From the IMG/VR virus record IMGVR_UViG_3300045988_077852: 46,784 nt of DNA; one strand, 5' to 3'. Of the stretch, positions 13,981 to 23,168 are shown one piece after another. The notes beneath the pieces are model-generated. The model worked only from the letters and a program-made list of their open reading frames with translations. It was not told where the DNA came from and searched no databases. How positions within the stretch are numbered: the first letter of the stretch is position 1; each line of letters opens with the position of its first letter. The stretch comes from a virus. The translations under genes and the position numbers were made by a program.

Positions 13981-14064
13981 ATTTCTTTTACCTTGACTTA
14001 GGTATATAAGTCTTAATCCATTACCGCAGACATAGCGGTATACAAACAATGTAGGAGGATATAT

Positions 14065-14694
14065 ATGCAGAATTACGAACAGATTTTAGCAGAATTAGGA
14101 ATCGAAATCCCAGAAGAGAAAAAGGCAGAGCTTAAAAAAAGACATGCCGAAAATTACAAGACTGTAGCTGACTACAATAAACAGGTAGAGAAAAAAGATG
14201 AATACAAAACATCTTTAGACGATGTACAGACCAGATTAGCAGAATTAGAGAAAGAAGATGTTGACGGTCTTAAGACTAAGATTACAACATTAACACAGGA
14301 GCTTGCAGACGAAAAAGAAGCAAGAGCAAAAGAAGCTAAGCAGACAGAGTTAAGAGACAAGGTAAAAGATTTCTTATCTGATAAAAAATTTGTAAATGCA
14401 ATCACAGAAGACTCTATCCGTTCCCAGATGATTCAGAAGTTAGAAGAAGAGAATGGGAAAAATGCAGAAGATGTATTTAAAGAACTTACTACTAAAGATG
14501 GGAAACCAATTGAGAATATCTTGGTTGACGAAAAGAAAGCACCAGCTCCTAATATCCCAAGCTTTACGACTAAGTTCAACAGCGGAGAGCAGAAAAAGGG
14601 AACACAGAAGTTAAGGGAAATGTCTTTAGACGACAGAATGAAGCTTAAGGCAGAGGACCCAGACTACTATGCAACCTTATTAAATGACAGATAG
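14065..14694 (+). CDS. scaffolding protein (209 aa)
   Basis: Highly charged coiled-coil sequence, located immediately upstream of the major capsid gene. Resembles the GP20-type scaffold class. AGGAGG RBS. Confidence 0.7.
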   Translation: MQNYEQILAELGIEIPEEKKAELKKRHAENYKTVADYNKQVEKKDEYKTSLDDVQTRLAELEKEDVDGLKTKITTLTQELADEKEARAKEAKQTELRDKVKDFLSDKKFVNAITEDSIRSQMIQKLEEENGKNAEDVFKELTTKDGKPIENILVDEKKAPAPNIPSFTTKFNSGEQKKGTQKLREMSLDDRMKLKAEDPDYYATLLNDR

Positions 14695-14771
14695 ATAATA
14701 CCGACTCACAGTATGGAAGTGAGCCGCTAACCTAAAAATCCCTTAATAGTTGTAGGTAGATGGGACAAAGA

Positions 14772-14816
14772 AAAGTCCTTATCTATTCTTATTTAGGGGT
14801 AGAAAGGACTTTTTTT
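14772..14816 (+). promoter_or_regulatory. Hairpin plus T7 tract overlapping the major-capsid RBS (attenuator or partial terminator)
   Basis: 9-bp stem aaagtcctt (14772-14780) / aaggacttt (14804-14812), with a T-run to 14816. The capsid ATG is at 14817. The GAAAGGA RBS lies in the 3' arm. Confidence 0.45.
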
Positions 14817-15836
14817 ATGCCAAGAACAGGATCATTTGGTGGTTTTGATTTTGACCCAGAGGTTTTCGCTGAGTTTATGTCAGAAAACCCAACATGGAAT
14901 GATGTGATTATTGCATCTGGTGTGTTAGCACAGGACAATACAATCATGGACTTAATCGGAGAAAAAGGAAACGTTGCAACAATTCCTTTTTATACACCGA
15001 TTGATGAACAAGACTCACAGGCTTTGAACAACGATGGAGAAACAAACAATACACCTGTTGAAATCACAGGAAAGAAACAGACTTGTATGTTAATTCAGAG
15101 AATGAAAGCTTGGAAAGCAAAAGACTTTACAAAAGAGTTAACAGGTGCAGACCCTATGACTCATGTTGCAAACTCTGTTGCAGGATTTTATAAGCAAGTA
15201 AGAACACGTGACTTAATGACTACAGTTGATGCAGTTTTAAGCCTGTCTGGTATGGAAAACCATATTACAGACTTATCTTTAACTGGCGAGGGCACTGTAG
15301 GAGATGCAAACAAAATTGATGATACAACACTTATCTTCGCACAGCAGAAAGCTTTAGGAGATTCCGCTGACAAGATGGGATTACTTGTATTAAACTCTTA
15401 CATCTACGCAAAGTACAAAGCAATGGGACTTGTTGATTACAACAAATACACTATTACTAACGCAGTAGAAAGAGAAGTAAATCTTCCTACAATCGGTGGA
15501 TTTATTCCACTGGTAACAGACAGATTTACAGTTGATACAACAGGAACAAACCCAGTATACAAAACTTATATGCTTGGTACAGGTTCAGTATTGACTTGTG
15601 ATAAGACTAACTATGAAAATCCTTATTATACAGACTATGACCCAGAAACATCTGCCGGTATTGAAAAGCTGTATACAAAACAGGGTTATGTATTACATCC
15701 TAACGGATTTTCTATCAATGCTAACAAGATTGCAAAAGAGTCTCCTACAAACGCAGAGTTAGGAGCTAAAGGAAACTGGTCTTTAGCATTTAACCAGAAG
15801 AATATCCGCATGGGTGTTATTAAATCCAACGGATAA
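14817..15836 (+). CDS. major capsid protein (339 aa)
   Basis: Trimmed to the ATG at 14817. Position after the scaffold, and size. The upstream in-frame extension lies in the hairpin region. Confidence 0.75.
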   Translation: MPRTGSFGGFDFDPEVFAEFMSENPTWNDVIIASGVLAQDNTIMDLIGEKGNVATIPFYTPIDEQDSQALNNDGETNNTPVEITGKKQTCMLIQRMKAWKAKDFTKELTGADPMTHVANSVAGFYKQVRTRDLMTTVDAVLSLSGMENHITDLSLTGEGTVGDANKIDDTTLIFAQQKALGDSADKMGLLVLNSYIYAKYKAMGLVDYNKYTITNAVEREVNLPTIGGFIPLVTDRFTVDTTGTNPVYKTYMLGTGSVLTCDKTNYENPYYTDYDPETSAGIEKLYTKQGYVLHPNGFSINANKIAKESPTNAELGAKGNWSLAFNQKNIRMGVIKSNG

Positions 15837-15852
15837 AAAGGAGTGTGATTTC

Positions 15853-16353
15853 ATGGCGTACATTGACTATGAATATTACAAAACCCTTTTTGGAGAGAAA
15901 GCAATCCCAGAAGCAGACTTTAATCGTCTGGTCTGGGATTCTTGCAAGAAGATAGATAATGCCACAACAGGCGTGGACAATGTCAAAAAGCTTAAGATTG
16001 CTTTTCCAACAGATGAAGATGATGCAGAAGCAGTTAAAAGATGTGTTTGCGAACTTCTGTCAATCACATATAAGATTGAACAGGCAGAAACGAGAGTTGA
16101 AGCATCACAGGGTTATATCACATTAGAAGATGGGACAGTGATGAGCAAGCAGGTAGCATCTAAGAGTGCAGGAAACGAGAGTATAAGCTATGTGACTTCC
16201 AGTAACGCAGGTACGGCTACATTGATAGATAAGTGTCTGGCAGACAAAGAAGCACAGAAGCAACTATACGATGATAAGATAAGAGATTATCTGTCTGGCA
16301 TCACTGATGCTAACGGAGTTAACTTGCTGTACATGGGAATATATCCAAGATAA
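15853..16353 (+). CDS. head-tail connector / DNA-packaging adaptor (166 aa)
   Basis: Trimmed to the ATG at 15853 (AAGGAG RBS). Position after the capsid. N-terminus YIDYEYYKTLFGEKAIPEADFNRL is typical of gp6-like connectors as I recall them. Confidence 0.5.
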   Translation: MAYIDYEYYKTLFGEKAIPEADFNRLVWDSCKKIDNATTGVDNVKKLKIAFPTDEDDAEAVKRCVCELLSITYKIEQAETRVEASQGYITLEDGTVMSKQVASKSAGNESISYVTSSNAGTATLIDKCLADKEAQKQLYDDKIRDYLSGITDANGVNLLYMGIYPR

Positions 16354-16371
16354 AAAAAACGGAGGGATACG

Positions 16372-16824
16372 ATGTATAACGATACAATCACACTTTTTAA
16401 TAGGTATGAAAGTAAATTAGGAGATACATGGTATCCCTCTATTTTGCATAATACAAACCTAAACATGGATAAAGCAAGCATCGTTGCAAAGTACGGTTCT
16501 GACTCACAGGACAATGCTGTATTAAACGTGCAGTATAGCCTAAAAAGCGGTCAAAAGATGGTAGGGAGTAAATTATGGCTACCGCCTAAAGAATGGTGTA
16601 AACAGACGAATGATAAGTTGTCAGAAGCACTTACGTTTAGTTCTAAGGCAAACGGTTTTGATTTCTTTATCGTTGGCGAATGGAAGAATGAAGAACCGAT
16701 TGCAGAGGATGATTATATTGACGGATTCTATGAAGAAATGAAACTTAAGTATGATTATGTCTTTGCAATAACTGGAAGTGCCTTTTACGACATAATCCCG
16801 CACTTTGAGGTAATGGCTAAGTAG
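16372..16824 (+). CDS. head closure / head-tail joining protein (150 aa)
   Basis: Gene order. GGAGGG RBS. Confidence 0.45.
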   Translation: MYNDTITLFNRYESKLGDTWYPSILHNTNLNMDKASIVAKYGSDSQDNAVLNVQYSLKSGQKMVGSKLWLPPKEWCKQTNDKLSEALTFSSKANGFDFFIVGEWKNEEPIAEDDYIDGFYEEMKLKYDYVFAITGSAFYDIIPHFEVMAK

Positions 16825-16834
16825 GTGGTTATAT

Positions 16835-17302
16835 ATGGCTAAGAAAAAATTAGGAAATGTTAATGTGAATACACAGAACATGAGAGCTAATATCAGTCTG
16901 GCGAGATTCGATGAACAAATACAAAGTGCTCAATATTGGTTAGATAGTCAAGTTATGACTGATATGGTTCCATATATGCCACATGAAACAGGTACATTCA
17001 TTAACGTAACGAGAGCAAAAAGTGCTTCTCTTGCAGGTACTGGAATGGTGTGTGCAGGTACTGGACCGATGGGACGTTTCTTATACTATGGTAAAGGTAT
17101 GGTTGACGAATTAACAGGGTCTCCGTGGGCGAGAAAAGGTGCTAAGAAAGTATTAGTCACTGAATTTGCAGGACATACAAATGCAAAAGTTGACTTAAGC
17201 TACCAGAATCCAAAAGCAACTCCAAAATGGTTTGAAACAGCAAAGAAGAATCACGGTAAAGCATGGGTTACTCATGTTAAAAAGCAGGCAGGAGGAAGTT
17301 GA
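16835..17302 (+). CDS. minor capsid / neck protein (155 aa)
   Basis: QYWLDSQVMTDMVPYMPHETGTF resembles the Firmicute-phage minor capsid / HK97 gp10-like class. Supported by gene order. Confidence 0.5.
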   Translation: MAKKKLGNVNVNTQNMRANISLARFDEQIQSAQYWLDSQVMTDMVPYMPHETGTFINVTRAKSASLAGTGMVCAGTGPMGRFLYYGKGMVDELTGSPWARKGAKKVLVTEFAGHTNAKVDLSYQNPKATPKWFETAKKNHGKAWVTHVKKQAGGS

Positions 17303-17808
17303 TGGCAGAAGAAAAGAAACTAGTCAAGTATGACATTGATGGTTTTGACGTGATCACAACAGCATTGCAAGAACTGGTAAATCAATTCCCAGAACTAAGA
17401 GAGGGAGACGAAATTGCATTTTCTACATTAGATGATGCAAGCGGAAAAGCAATGTTCCCAGTAAGCGGTGCAGTGATTGAATCAGAAAAAGAGAGTATCA
17501 CTGGACACGTCACACAGGTATGTCTGTATCCGTTTTGCGTGATATATCGTGCAAGCGGTACAAAACCAAAGAGGAAAGCAGACATTAAGGAGTGGTTGGA
17601 TAACCTTGGTAAATGGTTGGAAAAGCAAACAATCACAATTAAAAACAACACATATAAACTAGAAGAATATCCAGTGCTGACAGGCAATCGAAAGTTTTTA
17701 ACGATTGACAGACAGACACCTGCATATTTGGACAGTATAAACGAAAACAAGTCTGAGAATTGGGCTATCAATATTTCTGCCCGATATCAAAACGACTTTG
17801 ATAGATAA
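17302..17808 (+). CDS. tail completion / neck protein (168 aa)
   Basis: Gene order. ATG overlaps the upstream TGA. AGGAGG RBS. Confidence 0.4.
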   Translation: MAEEKKLVKYDIDGFDVITTALQELVNQFPELREGDEIAFSTLDDASGKAMFPVSGAVIESEKESITGHVTQVCLYPFCVIYRASGTKPKRKADIKEWLDNLGKWLEKQTITIKNNTYKLEEYPVLTGNRKFLTIDRQTPAYLDSINENKSENWAINISARYQNDFDR

Positions 17809-17875
17809 ATTAACTATTAACTGGTCTACGACAGGATGTAGATCACTGACCTTGAAAAGATAAAGGAGAATCATA

Positions 17876-18415
17876 ATGGCAGTTACAACAGGTAAAATTG
17901 ACCGTAAGTATATGGCTCATTTCTTAGATGCAGGCTCTTTGTGCGGTGGTAAAACACCATCCTATGAACGTCTTGGAAAAGACTTAGAAGAGTACAATGT
18001 CGAACTTAATCCCGATACAGAAACAAGTAAAAATATTATCGGAGAATCTACATTCAAACACAACGGATATGAGGTTTCCTCAGAAGCCGACCCTTATTAT
18101 GCAGAAGCTGACAGCACATTAAGCCAGAAGTTGCAGGAGATTATCGACAATCGTTACAAAGACGATAATCTGAAAACTACCGCAGTAGAAGTACACCTAT
18201 GGAAAGAAGCATCAAGCGGAGCTTATGAAGCATACGCAGAAGATTGTTATATTGTTCCAACATCCTACGGTGGAGACACAAGTGGTTACCAGATTCCATT
18301 TACAGTTAACTACGCAGGAAACCGCAGAAAAGGTACTTACAACGTAACATCCGGAACATTTTCAGAAAGTGCTACACAGGACTTAAAAGACAACAGCAAA
18401 GCAGTTTTATCATAA
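17876..18415 (+). CDS. major tail protein (179 aa)
   Basis: Position upstream of the chaperones and tape measure, and size. AAGGAGA RBS. Confidence 0.65.
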   Translation: MAVTTGKIDRKYMAHFLDAGSLCGGKTPSYERLGKDLEEYNVELNPDTETSKNIIGESTFKHNGYEVSSEADPYYAEADSTLSQKLQEIIDNRYKDDNLKTTAVEVHLWKEASSGAYEAYAEDCYIVPTSYGGDTSGYQIPFTVNYAGNRRKGTYNVTSGTFSESATQDLKDNSKAVLS

Positions 18416-18430
18416 CAAGGAGTGCAGGAT

Positions 18431-18844
18431 ATGGAAGAACTTAGACGAAAAGTCAAAACTGGGGCATTAAATGTAATTTTAACGAATGAAGATGATGAGG
18501 AAATCGGAAGATTCCCATTCAACCCAGTTGATTTAAATATCGTAAGAAGATACGAAGAAGTTGTTACTAATTTGGAAAAGATGGAACTTCCAGAGGATGC
18601 TACAGAACAGGATATCTTAGAACTGTCTGACAAATTAGAGGGGCAGATTGATTACTTGCTTAACTCTAAAGCTTCTAAGTCTGTATTTGCTATTTGCAAT
18701 CCGCTAACTCTTACAGAAAGCGGAGATTTCTTCATCGAGAACATCATCGTGGAAATCGCAGATATTATTGAGCAGGTAACAGACCAGAGAATTAAGAAGA
18801 AACAGGCGAAAATTAAAAGGGCAACGTCTAAATATCACAAATAA
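18431..18844 (+). CDS. tail assembly chaperone (137 aa)
   Basis: Acidic protein between the major tail and tape measure genes. Trimmed to the ATG at 18431 (AAGGAG RBS). Confidence 0.5.
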   Translation: MEELRRKVKTGALNVILTNEDDEEIGRFPFNPVDLNIVRRYEEVVTNLEKMELPEDATEQDILELSDKLEGQIDYLLNSKASKSVFAICNPLTLTESGDFFIENIIVEIADIIEQVTDQRIKKKQAKIKRATSKYHK

Positions 18845-19416
18845 TGGAAGTTTGGGAACTTCCTACATCCATAGTAGTTGGTGGCATAGATTATGAAATA
18901 CGCACAGATTTTCGTGCAGTTCTGGACATTTTAAAAACATTTAATGACCCAGACTTTGAGAACGATGAAAAGTGGATTGTTTGCCTTACCATTTTATACG
19001 TTGATTTTGGAAATATGCCACCACAAGACTATGAAGAAGCTATTGAAAAAGCCATCGAATTTATTGACATGGGTATCAAAGATGATGGGAAGAAACAACC
19101 TCATGTGATGGATTGGGAACATGATGCACCAGTTATCATCCCATCTGTTAACCGTGTACTTGGAAAAGAAATACGAGCTATGCAGTATTTACATTGGTGG
19201 ACTTTTTTAGGAGCTTACATGGAAATTGGAGAGTCTTTGTTTTCGCAGATTCTTAGTGTTCGCATGAAGAAAGCCAAAGGAAAGAAACTGGAAGATTGGG
19301 AAAGAGAGTTCTACAAAGAAAATAAAACGCTTATTGACCTAGATGTTAAATATTCCGAAGAGGAATTAGAAGAACAGAAACGTTTGAACGATTTACTGAA
19401 TGGGAAAGGGGCGTGA
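18844..19416 (+). CDS. Gp15-like tail assembly protein (190 aa)
   Basis: Position directly upstream of the tape measure. N-terminal pattern GGIDYEIRTDFRAVLDIL resembles the phage Gp15 family as I recall it. Confidence 0.5.
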   Translation: MEVWELPTSIVVGGIDYEIRTDFRAVLDILKTFNDPDFENDEKWIVCLTILYVDFGNMPPQDYEEAIEKAIEFIDMGIKDDGKKQPHVMDWEHDAPVIIPSVNRVLGKEIRAMQYLHWWTFLGAYMEIGESLFSQILSVRMKKAKGKKLEDWEREFYKENKTLIDLDVKYSEEELEEQKRLNDLLNGKGA

Positions 19417-19420
19417 TTGA

Positions 19421-22400
19421 ATGGCTACACAAAAAGCGGATGGAAGTATTTATATCAAAACAGAAATTGATACAACCGAAGCAAAAGCAAGTGTGAAAGA
19501 AATCGCATCTCTTTTAAAACGTTTATCCAATCAAGTAAAAACCATTGGAAAATCAATGGAAAAAGCCATAAGTGGCGGTATAAAAGCACCAGATACAAAA
19601 GGTATGGATGTTGTCGAAGAAAAAGCAAAGACCGTGGCTGAGGAACTGGAAAAGACCGCACAGGCAGAAAAGAAGCTAGAAAGCATAGATATTAAATCTA
19701 ATGCACTTGATACGTTAGATAAAGCGATAGAAACCACAGGACAGAAGCTTGCAGAGTTGGAAAAAGCACAGATGGATGTATTCAACAGAAATCAGAGTGC
19801 AACTTCTTCCCCTGCATTTCAAGCAATGGAGAGTGCCGCTTCTAAATTAGATCAGCAATATGAACAGTTGATTGCAAAAAAGAAGCAGTTGGAAACATCT
19901 ACAACAGGAAAGACTGGACTGCCTAAGACTGGAAAGTTGACAGGTGGAACAGGTCTGGCAAGTGAGGAAAGTGCTAACGCATTAGCTAAACTTAATGCAG
20001 AGATCACAGGCACAGAAACAAAAGTAGAACTGTTAAATAACAGCTTGGAGCAAACAGCACAGGCACAACAAAAGATAAGTGACAGCTCTATCAATACTAC
20101 AGCTTATCAGATTCTTGAGCAGACACTACAGCAGGTAGAATCACAGTTTAATCAAGTTGCACAGACTCAGCAAGAGTTGTTCGCAAGGAATCAGAGTGTT
20201 ACTTCATCTCCTGCTTTTATGGCATTAGAGAGTGCGGCAGAGAAGCTTGGTCGGCAGTATGATTCATTACTTGCTAAGAAACGGCAGTTAGAAAGCGGTG
20301 GGGGAGCAGTACAAACACCTGCGATCAAGACAGCCCCTATGACTGGTGCATATTCTGCCACGGCATCTAGTGCAAGTCAAAAAGCTTTGGATGCCTTAAA
20401 CAAAGAAATAACACAGACAGATGCAAAAGAAAAAGGACTTGTTAACACAAATAGTAGGCTTGGTTCATCATTTAAGAATGTCAGTCAGTCTGTGGACAGT
20501 GCTAAGACAAAGACAGGCGGTATTTCATCTATCTTTAGTAGAATGGGTGGAGTAGTATCTGGACTTGGAAAACGTCTTGCAGGACTGGCACAGAACTTCA
20601 CAAGCACTACAAACAGTGCTAACAATGCAAGATTTTCAATCGGTCGAATGGTTGGAATGAGTATCTTATATTCTACTGTTTTTGGTATGATTTCTAAAGT
20701 AAATAGTGGAATCATGACAGGTATAAATAACCTTGCTCAATATTCGTCTGCTACTAATGCTTCGATATCTTCTATGATGTCGGCATTAACACAGCTACAG
20801 AACAGTTTAGCAACAGCATTTGCACCAATACTGTCTGTAGTAGCACCTATATTAACGGCATTTATAAATATGCTGTCAAGAGCGATTACTTATGTAGGTA
20901 TGTTCATAGCAGCACTGACAGGACAGAAATCTTTTACAAAAGCAAAAGCTGTACAAGAAGATTATGCTGCATCGTTGCAAAAGACTTCTAAGAGTTCTAA
21001 TAGTGCAGCGAAGTCTACAAAGAAAAACGCAAATGCAACAAAAAAAGCAAATAAAGAGATGCAGACATATCTTTCTGGTCTGGACGAAATCAGACAGTAT
21101 CAGAAAGAAAAAGACAATACACCTAGTTCAAACTCAACGCCATCAACAGGTGGCGGAGGTGGTGGCGGATACACGGGACCATCCATTGGAGATATGTTTG
21201 AGAAAGTTCCTATTGAATCTTCTATTGCAGACATTGCTAAGAAGATTAAGAACCTCATAAAGAAAGAGGACTGGGAGGGACTTGGGACTTACATTGCATC
21301 TGGTATCAATAAAGGATTGCAAAAAATCTATGATGCCATCAATTGGGATAATGTAGGCCCGAAGATTACATATTTTGTGAACGCATTTACACGGACATTC
21401 AATAGTCTTGTTGATCACATAGACTGGGATTTAATGGGACGTACTGTGGGTGCAGGTATTAATACAATTGTCAACACACTGAATCTGTTGATAGAGGGAA
21501 TCAATTGGAAAAATCTTGGTTCAAAAATTGCAACAGGTATCAACGGCTTATTCAATGAAGTGAATTGGAATAATGTAGGGCGGTTGTTTACGAATAAAAT
21601 AAATGTTCCGTTTCAAATGTTAGAGGGAGCTGTAAATACTCTTAACTGGGCAAAAATAGGAACGTCAATAGGTGGATTTTTGAATGGTGCGATCAACCAG
21701 ATAGATGTTAAGTCTATTGGTACAAGCTTATCTGGATTAGCATTAGGAATATTAACAACATTAGATAATGCACTTACTACAACAAACTGGTCACAGCTTG
21801 GCACAAAATTAGCAACATTATTAACATCTATTGATTGGGTTGGAATATTTGTTAGTGCAATATCTGTTGCAGGAAAAGCAATCACGGCATTAACACAGCT
21901 TGGTGTGTCTTTTATGGATAACTTGGCAAAAGGTATTACAAATGGGACACAGCAGTTTATTAGTAAGGGATTATCAGCATTGACGAGTTTTACTGCAAAC
22001 TTAAGAATAAATGCAGGAAAATTAGTAGATTCTGGTCTAAATCTTATGTTGAATCTTGCAAAAGGTATTGCTAATTCGCTTCCAGACATAATCAAAAATG
22101 TTCCACAGATTGTTAGCAATATTGCAAATACAATCAATGACAATGCACCTAAAATATTGATGGCAGGCATACAACTTATTGGGATATTGATTAAAGGATT
22201 GATTCAAGCAATCCCTACTCTTATTGCGAGTATTCCACAAATTATAGTAGCTATGGTTAATGTATTTACAGCGTATAACTGGTTATCACTTGGTAAAAGT
22301 TTAATTACAGGTATTAAAAACGGTATTGTAGCTGCAAAAAGTACAGCAGTTGAAGCTATGACAAATACATATAATGGGTTGCTTAATGCGATAAAGAATT

Positions 22401-23155
22401 TACCATCTAAACTTAAAGGACTTGGAGAGAATGGACTTAAGGAGATGGGGAACGGAATTACTGGAAAATTATCCGGATTAAAAACAACGGCAGAGAAAAT
22501 ATTGACCAATATCATAGAAGCGGTTAAAAATCTTCCTAAAGAATTATCAAAAAAAGCTACATCTGCGATAAGAGATATGAAAACTACATTTAAAAATGTC
22601 GATTGGGGCAGTGTTGGAATGAATGTAGTAAAAGGTATTGCAAAAGGTGTTGGAGATTTTGCATGGATTTTGGTTGATAAAATGACAGGTCTTGCACAAA
22701 AGGCGTGGGAGGGTGTGAAAGATTTCTTTGGAATCCATTCTCCATCACGACTTATGAGAGATACAGTAGGTAAGATGATTCCTGCGGGTATCACAGTAGG
22801 TTTGGAAAAAGCTTTTCCAGATACGATTGATACATTACTAGATCAGTCAAAGCAGTTGGCGAATGTACCATTTACATCACCGTATGTAGCAAGTGGAGCG
22901 GTAATACCTGCGAAAGCATCCGCAGTGATCGCACAAAAGCAACACAGTACAGATAGCAACAACAATGACGTACTTAATCTACTAGAACAGCTATTATCTG
23001 TTATGAAGTCCTTAGAATCAGACAACAGCGGTAACGATGGTGGGGATTATCATTTCACAGCACAGATTAACCGCAGGACGTTATTTGATGAATTTATCGA
23101 AGAAGCAAAACTAAGACAAATGAGTAATGGTAGAAATCCATTCAGCCTTGCGTAG
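19421..23155 (+). CDS. tape measure protein (1244 aa)
   Basis: Largest ORF. Coiled-coil N-terminus, hydrophobic central segments, Gly6 tract, and the canonical position. Confidence 0.9.
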   Translation: MATQKADGSIYIKTEIDTTEAKASVKEIASLLKRLSNQVKTIGKSMEKAISGGIKAPDTKGMDVVEEKAKTVAEELEKTAQAEKKLESIDIKSNALDTLDKAIETTGQKLAELEKAQMDVFNRNQSATSSPAFQAMESAASKLDQQYEQLIAKKKQLETSTTGKTGLPKTGKLTGGTGLASEESANALAKLNAEITGTETKVELLNNSLEQTAQAQQKISDSSINTTAYQILEQTLQQVESQFNQVAQTQQELFARNQSVTSSPAFMALESAAEKLGRQYDSLLAKKRQLESGGGAVQTPAIKTAPMTGAYSATASSASQKALDALNKEITQTDAKEKGLVNTNSRLGSSFKNVSQSVDSAKTKTGGISSIFSRMGGVVSGLGKRLAGLAQNFTSTTNSANNARFSIGRMVGMSILYSTVFGMISKVNSGIMTGINNLAQYSSATNASISSMMSALTQLQNSLATAFAPILSVVAPILTAFINMLSRAITYVGMFIAALTGQKSFTKAKAVQEDYAASLQKTSKSSNSAAKSTKKNANATKKANKEMQTYLSGLDEIRQYQKEKDNTPSSNSTPSTGGGGGGGYTGPSIGDMFEKVPIESSIADIAKKIKNLIKKEDWEGLGTYIASGINKGLQKIYDAINWDNVGPKITYFVNAFTRTFNSLVDHIDWDLMGRTVGAGINTIVNTLNLLIEGINWKNLGSKIATGINGLFNEVNWNNVGRLFTNKINVPFQMLEGAVNTLNWAKIGTSIGGFLNGAINQIDVKSIGTSLSGLALGILTTLDNALTTTNWSQLGTKLATLLTSIDWVGIFVSAISVAGKAITALTQLGVSFMDNLAKGITNGTQQFISKGLSALTSFTANLRINAGKLVDSGLNLMLNLAKGIANSLPDIIKNVPQIVSNIANTINDNAPKILMAGIQLIGILIKGLIQAIPTLIASIPQIIVAMVNVFTAYNWLSLGKSLITGIKNGIVAAKSTAVEAMTNTYNGLLNAIKNLPSKLKGLGENGLKEMGNGITGKLSGLKTTAEKILTNIIEAVKNLPKELSKKATSAIRDMKTTFKNVDWGSVGMNVVKGIAKGVGDFAWILVDKMTGLAQKAWEGVKDFFGIHSPSRLMRDTVGKMIPAGITVGLEKAFPDTIDTLLDQSKQLANVPFTSPYVASGAVIPAKASAVIAQKQHSTDSNNNDVLNLLEQLLSVMKSLESDNSGNDGGDYHFTAQINRRTLFDEFIEEAKLRQMSNGRNPFSLA

Positions 23156-23168
23156 AAAGGAGTAAAAA

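Noticed and set aside
13930-13987. A complete second tRNA gene around the T-arm at 13962-13980
   Set aside because: I could not pair the 3' strand CATTTCT with any upstream 7-mer. No 5-bp anticodon stem or D arm could be built, with either a standard or a long variable arm. It is reported only as an orphan T-arm.
18431-19416. Programmed -1 frameshift between the two tail-chaperone ORFs (gpG/gpGT type)
   Set aside because: The second ORF has its own ATG overlapping the first stop (TAATG). I found no convincing X-XXY-YYZ slippery heptamer near the end of the first ORF.
21613-22794. Long minus-strand ORFs (185 and 196 aa) inside the tape measure gene
   Set aside because: These are antisense shadow frames of a long, compositionally biased gene. 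They have no RBS and hydrophobic low-complexity products. The same reasoning applies to 19455-20094 and 20485-20715.
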